From the NCBI GenBank assembly GCA_965260925.1, contig CBDHBZ010000008.1, positions 1,493,005-1,557,004 on the forward strand: a stretch of 64,000 nucleotides of DNA. The letters run 5' to 3'. The notes under the pieces are model-generated. The model was not told the origin of the DNA. It saw nothing but the letters and a program-made list of their open reading frames with translations, and did no database searches. A program made the translations under genes and the position numbers. The DNA is from Abditibacterium sp. (GTDB lineage Bacteria > Armatimonadota > Abditibacteriia > Abditibacteriales > Abditibacteriaceae). This document shows positions 53,761 through 63,504 of the stretch, piece by piece. Within the stretch, counting starts at the first letter, position 1; every line of letters starts with the position of its first letter.

Positions 53761-53837
53761 GTTCGTAGTAGCGTCGCAAGACGCGTCTGGATGAAGTCTG
53801 ATTCGATCTCAACGCGTCTTGCGACGCTACTACGAAC
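53761..53837. repeat. Nested inverted repeat, GTTCGTAGTAGCGTCGCAAGACGCGT family
   Basis: Perfect 26-nt arms at 53761-53786 and 53812-53837, near-identical to the arms of 8761-8854. Confidence 0.9.
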
Positions 53838-53909
53838 CTGTGCCCGACGATGCAGCCACGGCGGCCGCCGATACGATAAAATGATTCGCGCTCGCCGGAG
53901 ATATTCGCT

Positions 53910-54746
53910 TTGAATCCCAAACAACTCATCAAAAACGCCGTGCCCGCGCCGCTCTCGCGCCTGTGGAGAATGAGCCGCGACGAATGGAAATATCGTCGCC
54001 TCAAACCCTACCAAACGCGTTACGGCTTCAAACTCTACGGCGACGCCAACTTGGACGGCAGCCGCGAAGCTTCGCACGAAATCGAGACCGTCGAAGCCTT
54101 GTTCTAACAAGGCGCAGTTTTGATAGACATCGGCGCCAACGTCGGATTGTTCTCGTGTTACGCCCATTCCAAGGGCCACGCGGTTTTGGCGGTCGAGCCG
54201 CAGCCGCGCAACGTGCAACTGTTGCTACGCAACCTGCGCATCAACAAATTTGATGTCGAAGTTTTGCCGCTCGCGTTGGCCGATAAAATCGGAGTTTTGC
54301 CGCTTTACGGCGGCGGCCAGGGCGCCAGTTTGAGCCGGGGTTGGGGCGGCATGAAAGCGACTTACTCGACGCTTGTGCCGGTCTCGACGCTCGATTCGAT
54401 ATTGGCCGGACGCTTCGAGGGCGCGCCATTATTGGTGAAGATTGATGTGGAAGGCCACGAAAAACAGGTCTTAATGGGCGCCGAGCAAACGCTGAAGCGC
54501 GCGAATGTCTCGTGGCTGGTCGAACACGGTTTGACCGAAAACTTCGCCGACGTAAACCCCAACTTTCGCGCGCTGTTCGAGATTTTCTGGGATAACGGCT
54601 ACGAAGCGCACAGCGTCGAGGCATCGCGTTTGGTGACGAGCGCCGATGTCGAGCGCTGGCTCGCGCACAAGCGCCGCGATTTCGGCGGTATAGATTTGCT
54701 GTTTCGGCGCCCGAAACTTAAATCGAGCGAAAAGAGACGTAAGTAG
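53910..54746 (+). pseudogene. FkbM-family methyltransferase interrupted by an in-frame TAA (54105-54107)
   Basis: ORFs 53910..54107 and 54120..54746 are in the same frame: ...EIETVEALF*QGAVLIDIGANVGLFS... The SAM motif IDIGANVG lies directly after the stop, so the upstream part belongs to the same domain. Confidence 0.6.
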
Positions 54747-54865
54747 TTACGCTTACGCTCGCGGTTCGCAGTGCCCACAGCTTAGCTGAGTTGCCTCTAA
54801 AACCACAACTTGCTCCTTCCGTATCGCTTGCGCTAAAATGAAATCTCAGGAGCAAAGCCCCATTC

Positions 54866-55588
54866 ATGAATTCAACCCATTCACAGGCCGAAGCGCAGAA
54901 GCGTTATTATGCGGAAACTGCCGCCACTTACGAACAGTGGCACATGGCGGAAAAAGACGAGCATTATTTCGCGCTCTCTTTTCTGCTCGGCATGATCGAT
55001 TATTACGAGATCAAATCGATTCTCGATGTCGGTGCGGGCACCGGACGGTCAATGCTGTTTCTTAAAGAACACCGGCCCGATTTGATAATTCGTGGCATAG
55101 AGCCGGTCGCCGAGCTGCGCGAGATCGGTTATCAAAAAGGTTTGTCGCGCGAAGAACTCACTGACGGTGACGCCACTAAAATGAGCTTTGCGGCGGGCGA
55201 GTTCGATTTGGTGACCGAATTCGCGGTTTTGCATCATATCGCCAAACCGCAAAAAGCCGTCGCCGAAATGCTGCGCGTTGCCAAAACCGCGATTTTCGTT
55301 TCCGATGCCAATAACTTCGGCCAAGGTTCGCTGCCGTTGCGCACGGCCAAACAAATTATCAATGCCTTTGGCCTGTGGAAAGCCTTCGATTTAGTTAAAA
55401 CGCGCGGCAAAGGCTACATGGATACCGAAGAAGAGGGCATCTCCTACTCATATTCGGTCTTCGACAACTTCAAGCAAATTCGCCGCAGTTGCCGCGATAT
55501 TCACATCATCAACACCAAGGACGCGGGCAGGCAAGTCAATCCTTACAGAAGCGCCGAACACATCGCGCTTCTGGGCGCGAAGAAGTAG
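54866..55588 (+). CDS. Class I SAM-dependent methyltransferase
   Basis: ILDVGAGTGRSMLFL (motif I)...FDLVTEFAVLHHI. Confidence 0.8.
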   Translation: MNSTHSQAEAQKRYYAETAATYEQWHMAEKDEHYFALSFLLGMIDYYEIKSILDVGAGTGRSMLFLKEHRPDLIIRGIEPVAELREIGYQKGLSREELTDGDATKMSFAAGEFDLVTEFAVLHHIAKPQKAVAEMLRVAKTAIFVSDANNFGQGSLPLRTAKQIINAFGLWKAFDLVKTRGKGYMDTEEEGISYSYSVFDNFKQIRRSCRDIHIINTKDAGRQVNPYRSAEHIALLGAKK

Positions 55589-55622
55589 TTTTGGTAATGA
55601 TCTAACAGGGTAGTTTGCGCTG

Positions 55623-55673
55623 GACACCAGCCACGTCCCAGAGCAGTTTGCGTCGTAGGACGTGGCTGGTATC
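55623..55673. repeat. Dispersed palindromic element between convergent genes
   Basis: GACACCAGCCACGTCC ... GGACGTGGCTGGTATC. Confidence 0.9.
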
Positions 55674-55721
55674 GCTTGTTTTTCGCTGTAAAAGGGAATT
55701 TTTGCAGCAGAACTGACCCTA

Positions 55722-56972
55722 TTAAACCGCTATCATGATTTTAGGCGCGCCCGCGACCTGGTGGAAAATCGCGCTCATGGCGGCGGCGTTGGCGTCCCAG
55801 GTCAGTTTTTCTTCCCACAGCGCGTGGCCCGCGCGCCCCATCTGCGCGCGCGCTTTGGCGTCGGCGAGCAGCTTTTCCAGCGCCTGAGCGGTCGCTTCAA
55901 CATCGAAGGGCGGCACGCGATAGCCGTGTTCTCCGTCGCGCAAAAGTTCGTCGATGCCGCTGCCTTGCGGCCAGATCAAAGGCGTGCGCGCGGCCATCGC
56001 TTCGGTGAAAACGACGCCAAACGGCTCGTCGCGGCTAATCAAGGCGAACGCGTCGGCCCACACCATCTCCTGCGCGACGCGTTGATGCGGCACGACGCCC
56101 AACAATTCGATCGAGTTTTGGGCGCCGCTTTGCGCGATGGCGAGTTCGATTTCCGGGCGCAACGCGCCGTCGCCCGCGATGCGCAGGCGCGCGTTGGGAA
56201 AGCGCGGCGCCACGCGCGCCCACGCCTCGATAAGTTGTGGGAAACCTTTGTTAATCGCGAACATTCCGGCGCTGAACACCAAAGTTTTATCGGCCAGTTC
56301 GGGCGGGCGCGGCGCTTCCCACTGCGCATCGGCGGGGCCGTCGGCGCCGTTGTAAACCGTGGCGGTGTGGGCGAACGGAAAGACGCGTTTGGTATCGGCC
56401 TCCATGCGCGCGGCCACGGCGACCATTTTGCCGCAATCGCGGATAACGCGCGCAAACAGCGCGCGGCGCGCGGGCATGGTCTGGCATTCGGTGATCTCGC
56501 TAAACAGATGATCGGTCACCACATAAGGCACGCCCAGACTCTGTTTCAGATGCATGGCCAGGTAACCGTTGGCGCCGGTATGGTGCGCGAAAACCACGTC
56601 GGGCGCGAACTCGCGGGCGCTGCGCATCAGTTCGCCTTTGATGCTCTGCCAGCCCAGCCGCAGAAACGGCGCCGGATAGCGATAGTTCAAGCCCAGAGTG
56701 GTGTGACCAAACGGGTAAACCAGCCAGCGCGGATAGTCAACGCGCAGACCGTCCCAATCGTGAGTCGGCGGGCAATGCGAATAGGCGCGCACGCCTTTTT
56801 TCAGGTGGCCGGCCCAGCGCGGAAAATAAGCGTTGGGCGAGACGACGCGCACTTCTAAATCTGGGCGCCGCGCCAGCGCGCGCGCCTGAGCCAACGCCCA
56901 GGTGCCGATCTGAGGATTGTCGGGTTTGGGAAAGTAAGCCGCCAGAAAAAGAACGCGCAGAGGACGAGACAT
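55722..56972 (-). CDS. Glycosyltransferase family 4
   Basis: PLRVLFLAAYFPKP...; C-terminal ISRDEPFGVVFTEAMAARTPLIWPQGSGIDELLRDGEHGYRV. Confidence 0.8.
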   Translation of the reverse strand: MSRPLRVLFLAAYFPKPDNPQIGTWALAQARALARRPDLEVRVVSPNAYFPRWAGHLKKGVRAYSHCPPTHDWDGLRVDYPRWLVYPFGHTTLGLNYRYPAPFLRLGWQSIKGELMRSAREFAPDVVFAHHTGANGYLAMHLKQSLGVPYVVTDHLFSEITECQTMPARRALFARVIRDCGKMVAVAARMEADTKRVFPFAHTATVYNGADGPADAQWEAPRPPELADKTLVFSAGMFAINKGFPQLIEAWARVAPRFPNARLRIAGDGALRPEIELAIAQSGAQNSIELLGVVPHQRVAQEMVWADAFALISRDEPFGVVFTEAMAARTPLIWPQGSGIDELLRDGEHGYRVPPFDVEATAQALEKLLADAKARAQMGRAGHALWEEKLTWDANAAAMSAIFHQVAGAPKIMIAV

Positions 56973-57032
56973 AGAAGGGAAATCGAGGCTTGAAATAAAT
57001 CGGCCAAAGGTTTATTTTCGACCGTGCGCCGG

Positions 57033-57085
57033 GAACACCAGCCACGTCCTACGGCATTTTGCGCCGTAGGACGTGGCTGGTGTTC
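57033..57085. repeat. Dispersed palindromic element (23-nt arms)
   Basis: GAACACCAGCCACGTCCTACGGC-ATTTTGC-GCCGTAGGACGTGGCTGGTGTTC. Confidence 0.9.
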
Positions 57086-57155
57086 GGGTCTGCCGCGCGA
57101 AAACCAAGCAGAGCGCACGCCGAGCCGTGATTTACAAATGGCAAAATTGCTAACT

Positions 57156-58655
57156 CTAACTTCGCCGGATGCTTTTGCGGCCCGGCAAACGCCTGTCGAG
57201 CGCGCGCGGCGCGCCGATTCGGCGAACCGGAATCGCAACCGGCACGCGCGCAACTTCATCCGCGCGGTTTGGCGGCGCTGGTGCGGCGGCCGGTTCGGGC
57301 GGCGCGTTGGTATCGCGCGAAATCCAGACGAAGGCCAGAAACGGAATGAAAACCGTGGGAATCCAGAAGAAAACCGACCACGAAAGCGGATGAATCATCT
57401 CCATGCCGCCCAGGCCCGCCGAGGCCACCAACAGGATAATGCCGGTCACATAGCGCAGTTGGCGCCGCAGAAACTCCCACAAAAGCCGAAAGCAAAAGCC
57501 GCTGAATAAGCCGCCCAAAATCAGGCCGAGCCAGCCGCCGATATAGAAGTATTTGCCGACCATCGTCGGCGAAGGGCCGCCGCGCAATCCTTCCAGATTC
57601 TCGCTGGTGCTGATGTTGGAAACGCGATGAAATCTGTCCCAGGCGATGGCTTCGGGATAGATTTTGCCGGGCCAAAATTTGCGCGGAATGCCGTGCGTCA
57701 CCACTTCGAACAGCATGGCGCCGCCGTCGTAGGCCACGCGTTGCGGCACGTAATAGGCCACCGAAATCGCCATGCCGAAATCGCTCCACAGGTCGGGGCC
57801 TTTGTCGGGTTTGTAGGCCGAGGGCGCCTGCGAACCGAAATCCGGATCGCTGAAAAAGCCGAACGAACGATCGGCGATTTCGCGGGGCCGTTCGTTGAGG
57901 TTGAAGCTCAAATCGCGGAAATCGCCGCGATAAGTCGGGATGAAACCGAAGATGAACACCAGGGTCGGCAGCAACAGCGCCGTCGACCAGATCGGCGGAT
58001 TGCGCTTGAGCGCCGCGAAAACCGAGCCATACAAAATCACCAGCATCATGATGGTGCCTTCGCGCGTGCCGGTGTAGGCTTGCCAGACCGTGTTGACGAC
58101 CGCCAAAGCGACGACGCAGAATTTGTAAATGTATTGCTCGCGCTGCCAGAACGCGTGGCACAGCAAAATCATCAGGCCAAGCGTCGCCAGGCGCGGCATG
58201 GTGTAAACGTAGGCCGACAGATCCTCGAAGTTAGTGTTGTAGCGCGGGCCGGACAACCAGTAAGCCGGGCCGCCCGAAGCTTGCATCACCAGGTAATAAC
58301 CCAGCAATCCCAGCGCGATGAGCAGCAGGCCGGCCGCGAAGATTTTGGGTTGCGAGGGCCGGCTGAAATCGGGCAGCAGGCGGCTGGCGCGCGGCGCGTA
58401 AGGCAAGCCGTAACCGGCGGCAAAAGCGAGTCCCAACACCAAAAACATGGCCAGCGTCGCCAGGAAAACTTCGCGCCCGTAAAACGCAATCCACTCGTCG
58501 GCCGATAACATCGGCTGCACGACGCCCGCGTAAACAAAGGCGAGCCAGAACGCGTTGACCGGATTGAGGAAGTGCCAACTCTTCTCGGCGCGCCACTGCC
58601 GCGCGACGGCGACGATGGGCACGAGCGTGGTGGCGAGGTAAAGTAAAACTTCCAT
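57156..58655 (-). CDS. Polytopic membrane protein, probable polysaccharide polymerase (Wzy/O-antigen-ligase-like)
   Basis: At least 10 hydrophobic segments, located between GT4 and the BY-kinase. The family call rests on context. Confidence 0.5.
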   Translation of the reverse strand: MEVLLYLATTLVPIVAVARQWRAEKSWHFLNPVNAFWLAFVYAGVVQPMLSADEWIAFYGREVFLATLAMFLVLGLAFAAGYGLPYAPRASRLLPDFSRPSQPKIFAAGLLLIALGLLGYYLVMQASGGPAYWLSGPRYNTNFEDLSAYVYTMPRLATLGLMILLCHAFWQREQYIYKFCVVALAVVNTVWQAYTGTREGTIMMLVILYGSVFAALKRNPPIWSTALLLPTLVFIFGFIPTYRGDFRDLSFNLNERPREIADRSFGFFSDPDFGSQAPSAYKPDKGPDLWSDFGMAISVAYYVPQRVAYDGGAMLFEVVTHGIPRKFWPGKIYPEAIAWDRFHRVSNISTSENLEGLRGGPSPTMVGKYFYIGGWLGLILGGLFSGFCFRLLWEFLRRQLRYVTGIILLVASAGLGGMEMIHPLSWSVFFWIPTVFIPFLAFVWISRDTNAPPEPAAAPAPPNRADEVARVPVAIPVRRIGAPRALDRRLPGRKSIRRS

Positions 58656-58744
58656 GGGTGATTGGGGCGGTTTGCGGCGAATTGGACGTTTTTCCCTCGC
58701 GCCCCATACCAGCCATGTCCTATGAGATAAATTCGCCGCAAACT

Positions 58745-61165
58745 CTACCGCACGCCGCCGCCATCGTCGTAGGGCTTATCCGGATCGAATGGGCGCGCGA
58801 GCCTGTCGCCCGCGCTCACCACGCGGTAATCTTCGCCCCCGGCGCGAACATGATCGAGCGGCACAGGTTCGGCTTTGCGCTCGCCCGGCCCGCGCAGATT
58901 TTGCGTCGAGTGGCGCGTGCTGTAAGCGCTATACGAGTGGCGCTCGCCCAGTTTGGGCGCGACTTTGGTCAGCACGATGCCCAGCAGACGCGCGCCGGTT
59001 TGGTGCAAAGTGTTGGTCGCGCGCGTGATCTCCGATTTGGCGGCCTCACCGCACGCCACCACCAGCAGAGTCGCGTCGGTCATCGTCGCCAAAACGCTGG
59101 CATCGGCGATCAAAAGCGTCGGCGGGCTGTCCACGATCGTCAGATCGGCCAAGTTCGCCAGTTCGTCAATGATGTTTTGCGCTTCCAGCGAACGCAGAAT
59201 TTCCAGCGGGCTGTCGTGCGGCGAGCCGGAAGTCAGAACGCTCAAACCGGGAATGCGCGTCGGTTGCACCGCCTCTTCCAGCGCGACGCGGCCCAGCACG
59301 ACATCGCTGAAACCGATCTCGTTGCTCAACCCGAAATACTCGTGCAGCGACGGGCTGCGGCCATCGCAGTCGATCAAAACGACTTCCTCGCCCGCCCAGG
59401 CGGCCGCCACGGCGAGGTTGACGCAGCTCACCGATTTGCCCTCGCCGGGCACGGCGCTCGTCACCAAAACCGAGCGCAGCGGGATTTCGCGCGCGGCCAG
59501 CGAGAGTTGCGCGGTCAGCATCTCGAAGCTCTCGCGCAGAAAGGGCGCGTTGCCGGTCAAAACCGATTGGTTGCGGCGGCCCTTGATGCGCGGCACGTCG
59601 ATGAGGATCGGCAACTGCGCCGCGCCGCGCGCCTGCGCGGGATTGTGGATTTTCTCGTCCAACCGGTCGACCAACAGCGCGACCAGATAGCCCAGCAAAC
59701 AGCCCAGCGCGAGCGCCATGAGCAGCGTCGAGTTGCGGCCTCGCCCCGACGGCGCGCCCGGCGGCGTGGCGGGCGAAGTGACGACGCCGTTGGAGAGTTG
59801 CGATTCGGCGCGCAGTTGCAAGTCCTGAGCTTGCTGGAATATGGTGTTGTAGCGCGTTTCCAGCCCGGCCAGAATGCTGGCGCGCTGGCTCAATCCGGCA
59901 GTTTTGGCGGGCAGTTGCGCCTGCGCGGTCTTGGCGCGCGCCAGATTGGTTTCTAAAAGCGGAATTTGCGCGCGTAAAGACTGCAAATTGCTGCGCGCCT
60001 GCCCCAGATTGGTATCTGCCGTCGCGTAAGCCGGATTGGGCGAACGCTGGGCGGGCACGGTTTCACTTTCGGGTTCGCGCGCGAGTTGCGCCTGCACATC
60101 GGCGATCTGAGCGTCCAGGCCGGTCACGACATCGCTGGTGTCGGCGTATTCGACGGCGGCGGCGTTGCGCGCCAAACGCAACCGCGTCAGTTCGGCGCGT
60201 AGCGCGATCACGGTCGGGCGCGTCGCCGTGGTGTAGGTGATGATGTCGCGCGGCGTGTTGGCCAACACGTCCTGCTGCACTTTCAAAGTGGCGGCGGCGG
60301 CGGCCTGCGCGGCGCGCGCCTGCCTCAGTTCGGCTTGGGTATCGGCGAGCGTGGTGGCGACTTTTTTGGCCTGTTCGTCACCGTCGGTGATGCCGACTTT
60401 GGCCTGATAATTTTTCAGCGAATCGCGCGCGCGGGTCAAGCCGGCGCGCACGCCGTCGAGTTGCTTGCGCGCGCTATCGGCGGCTTTCTGAATTTCGCGG
60501 CGGTTGTTCTTTTGGCTCAGTTCGATGTAAGCCGCGCAGATCGCGTTGGCCAACTGCGCGCTCGCTTTTGCCGAGGGCGAACCGACCGTCACCGTCACCA
60601 GATTGGTGTTGCGAATCGAGCCGATGCTCAGCGTGTGAAACCTTTCGATGGCGGCCCGATCGTCGGGATCGAGCGTTTCGGCGGCGCTGCCAAACACGCC
60701 GTCGGTTTTGACGATTTCGATCTGGGTTTCCAGGCGCCGCGCCTCGTCCACAACCGGCACCTCCGAAGCGGGCGCGTCGGTCGAGCCGTTGGTGTTTTCG
60801 GGCCGCTTTTCGCCCGAAAGCAGCGAGGTATTCACCAACATCGTCGCCGTCGCGCCATAAACGCGGCGCGCGCGCATCGAGTAAAGCAAACCCAACAACA
60901 GCGTGCCCAAAATAATCGGCAGCACGATCCAGCGTCTGCGCCACAGCAAATCGATCAAACGCCGCAACGGGTCAACGCGCGCGGGCGCGCCGTCCATGTT
61001 GGCGCCAACTTCGACGCCGCCGCCATCCTGATAAGGCGCCAAAGCCACATCGTTTTGGCGCGGCAAAACGCGCGCGCCATTGGCACCATTGGCACCGTTA
61101 CCAGCCACGTCTTCGTTGTCGGCGCGATATTCGATGTAAGAGTCGAAGAACTTTTTCTCTCTCAA
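58745..61165 (-). CDS. Polysaccharide co-polymerase / tyrosine autokinase (Wzz/GumC N-terminal part plus BY-kinase P-loop)
   Basis: TM segment plus long coiled periplasmic region. SVLVTSAVPGEGKSVSCVNLAVAAAWAGEEVVLIDCDGRSP (Walker A), LTIVDSPP. TTG start 7 nt after AGGAG. Confidence 0.85.
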   Translation of the reverse strand: MREKKFFDSYIEYRADNEDVAGNGANGANGARVLPRQNDVALAPYQDGGGVEVGANMDGAPARVDPLRRLIDLLWRRRWIVLPIILGTLLLGLLYSMRARRVYGATATMLVNTSLLSGEKRPENTNGSTDAPASEVPVVDEARRLETQIEIVKTDGVFGSAAETLDPDDRAAIERFHTLSIGSIRNTNLVTVTVGSPSAKASAQLANAICAAYIELSQKNNRREIQKAADSARKQLDGVRAGLTRARDSLKNYQAKVGITDGDEQAKKVATTLADTQAELRQARAAQAAAAATLKVQQDVLANTPRDIITYTTATRPTVIALRAELTRLRLARNAAAVEYADTSDVVTGLDAQIADVQAQLAREPESETVPAQRSPNPAYATADTNLGQARSNLQSLRAQIPLLETNLARAKTAQAQLPAKTAGLSQRASILAGLETRYNTIFQQAQDLQLRAESQLSNGVVTSPATPPGAPSGRGRNSTLLMALALGCLLGYLVALLVDRLDEKIHNPAQARGAAQLPILIDVPRIKGRRNQSVLTGNAPFLRESFEMLTAQLSLAAREIPLRSVLVTSAVPGEGKSVSCVNLAVAAAWAGEEVVLIDCDGRSPSLHEYFGLSNEIGFSDVVLGRVALEEAVQPTRIPGLSVLTSGSPHDSPLEILRSLEAQNIIDELANLADLTIVDSPPTLLIADASVLATMTDATLLVVACGEAAKSEITRATNTLHQTGARLLGIVLTKVAPKLGERHSYSAYSTRHSTQNLRGPGERKAEPVPLDHVRAGGEDYRVVSAGDRLARPFDPDKPYDDGGGVR

Positions 61166-61347
61166 CAGGATGCTCCTGGGCCAGCGCGAAATTGAACCCG
61201 CTTTAGTTTGGACGAAATCCGTTTCGCGCGTCAGAACGGAACGTGAAATACTGGCAATCCGCCCTGGTGCCAGGCGAGTTACCCCAAATTTGCCAAAACC
61301 GCAACCGCTCCGTCGCCTCGACGCTCAAATTGCGCCGCCTCTTCCTT

Positions 61348-63492
61348 ATGTTCAAGCTCTTGCCCCATCTTTTGCTGCTCGCGTTGCTCACAGTTTTCGC
61401 GCCCGCGCTGACGCCCATCGCGCGCGCGCAAAACACGCAACCCGCGCCCACAACGCCCGAAATTCGCGGCATCTGGGTTCACACATACAGCCCGCAAGAT
61501 TGGGATGTCGTGATGAAAAAGATCGCCGACGCCGGGCTGAACAGCGTTTTCGTGCGCGTGGCGCGCGGCGTCAACGCGCTCTATCCGTCGAAGATTTTGC
61601 CGATGGACGGCTGGGCCAATGACGCCTGGAACAACGGAGCGGGCCGCGACGAACTGAAGACGATGATTGAGGCCGCGCACCAAAACGGGCTGGAATTTCA
61701 CGCGTGGAAAGTCAACTTCAACGCCAGCGCCGGCATGCGCGCGGGAGAGGGGCCGGCGGCGATGTTTACGCAAATGAAGGCCGACGACCGCTTGATGCGC
61801 GACATGAACGGCGTGCAGGCGCCCGCGCTCAATCCGGGCGACCCGCGCAACCGCCAATTGGAAGTCGATGCGATGGCCGAACTCGTCCAAAATTACGACG
61901 TGGACGGCGTGCATTTCGACTACATTCGCTACACAGAAATCGGCGGCGACGGCAAGGAGAATTACGACTTCGATTACGGCGCGGTCTCGCGCTTCGAGTT
62001 CGAGAAGTCGCGCGGCATGAAGGTGGCGAACTGGCCCGCCGACGTGTTTTCGGGGCGCTTGAAAGCCGAATACGAAGACTGGGAGCGCGAAAATATCAAC
62101 GACGTGGTGCAGCGCGTCCATAAGGCGACCAAGGCGAGCAAGCCGCGCGTGATGGTTTCGGCGGCGGTGTGGCGCGCCAACCGCAAATATCGCGCGGGCA
62201 TCAAGCAAGATTGGACGCGTTGGGCGCGCGAAGGCTGGCTCGATTTCGTGGTGCCGATGGATTATAGCGCCGACATGGCGAGATTTGAGCGCGACATGAA
62301 AGAGCAGATTCCAAACGTGGCTGGTCACATTCCGTTCGCGGCCGGCATCGGGACGTATTTGCAGAAAGCGCCGGAAGACGTGAAAAAGCAGATCGAAATC
62401 GCGCGCCAAAACGGCGCCGACGGCTACGTTTTGTTCGCCTATAACGACGACAGTATAGAGGCGGTTTTGGCGCAGGTTAAGCTGGCGAACGGGATTAACG
62501 CCCAGGACGTGGCTGGTGTCGCCACGGCGTATCGCGCGCCGCGCGCGCATTGGAAAATTGGCGGCGGCATCGCGCGCAAGGACGAGCCGACGGCATTCGC
62601 GGCCGGTTCGACCGTAGAAGCGAGCGTCGCGTTTGCGCCCGGCGCGGCGAATTGGAAAAGCGGCAGAGCGCGCGTGAAATTGGAAGGTCTGGACGGTCAA
62701 CATCCGCTCGATTTGGGCGCCGATATCGATCTGTCCGACGCCGCGCCCCTGAGCGGCCCGGTGACGATTCCCCAGGGCCGCTGGCAACCGGTTTTGCGCG
62801 GTGAGGCGACCGACGCAAACGGCAAAGTTTGGCCGATTGCCGTGCGTGGCCCGCTCGTCGAAGGTTTAGATTCCGCCGCGATGTCCGCGCTCCAAGCGCG
62901 CGCTTTGCCGCCGCGTTTCGCGCGCGACACGCGCGCCGTCGCCGTTTACGCGGGCGGACAGGCGAGCGCGGGTCTGATGAAAGCCTTGAGAGACGCGCCG
63001 GGTGTGGACGCCCAACTGATCTACCAATTGCGCCCCGAAATGTGGAAGAGCGCCAAAGTTTTGATCGTGCCGCATCTGGAAGACGTGCAGGATTTGACGC
63101 CCGACGTCATCCGTGATTTGCGCCAATATGTCAGCAACGGCGGCAAACTGATTCTGACGCACGATGCCGTTGGTTATCGTTGGCATCAACGACTATTTCC
63201 CGAAATCGGCGTCGGCGTCGAACGGCTGGACGGCACAGAGATTACGGTCGGCGCCAACGATTACGGCATCACGGCGGGCGCGGTGACGCAAGGTTACGGC
63301 GACCACGTGATTATAGCGGGCGCGCCCGACGCGACAGTTTTGGCGCGCGAGGCGAAGTCGGACAAAGCCGTCGTTGTCACGGGCAGTTTCGGGCGCGGAA
63401 CCGTGATCATGGACGGCACGCTGTTGGGCGCGCCCTCGGACGGCGCAATGCCCGCGTCGGAGCGGAGGTTGCTGTGGGAGTTGGTGGGCTGA
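61348..63492 (+). CDS. Secreted glycoside-hydrolase-like family 10 (YngK/GHL10-like) protein with a C-terminal extension
   Basis: Signal peptide MFKLLPHLLLLALLTVFAPALTPIARAQ; IRGIWVHTYS...GLNSVFVRV...GLEFHAWKVNF...VDGVHFDYIRY. Confidence 0.6.
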   Translation: MFKLLPHLLLLALLTVFAPALTPIARAQNTQPAPTTPEIRGIWVHTYSPQDWDVVMKKIADAGLNSVFVRVARGVNALYPSKILPMDGWANDAWNNGAGRDELKTMIEAAHQNGLEFHAWKVNFNASAGMRAGEGPAAMFTQMKADDRLMRDMNGVQAPALNPGDPRNRQLEVDAMAELVQNYDVDGVHFDYIRYTEIGGDGKENYDFDYGAVSRFEFEKSRGMKVANWPADVFSGRLKAEYEDWERENINDVVQRVHKATKASKPRVMVSAAVWRANRKYRAGIKQDWTRWAREGWLDFVVPMDYSADMARFERDMKEQIPNVAGHIPFAAGIGTYLQKAPEDVKKQIEIARQNGADGYVLFAYNDDSIEAVLAQVKLANGINAQDVAGVATAYRAPRAHWKIGGGIARKDEPTAFAAGSTVEASVAFAPGAANWKSGRARVKLEGLDGQHPLDLGADIDLSDAAPLSGPVTIPQGRWQPVLRGEATDANGKVWPIAVRGPLVEGLDSAAMSALQARALPPRFARDTRAVAVYAGGQASAGLMKALRDAPGVDAQLIYQLRPEMWKSAKVLIVPHLEDVQDLTPDVIRDLRQYVSNGGKLILTHDAVGYRWHQRLFPEIGVGVERLDGTEITVGANDYGITAGAVTQGYGDHVIIAGAPDATVLAREAKSDKAVVVTGSFGRGTVIMDGTLLGAPSDGAMPASERRLLWELVG

Positions 63493-63504
63493 TTCGCGGG
63501 AAAG

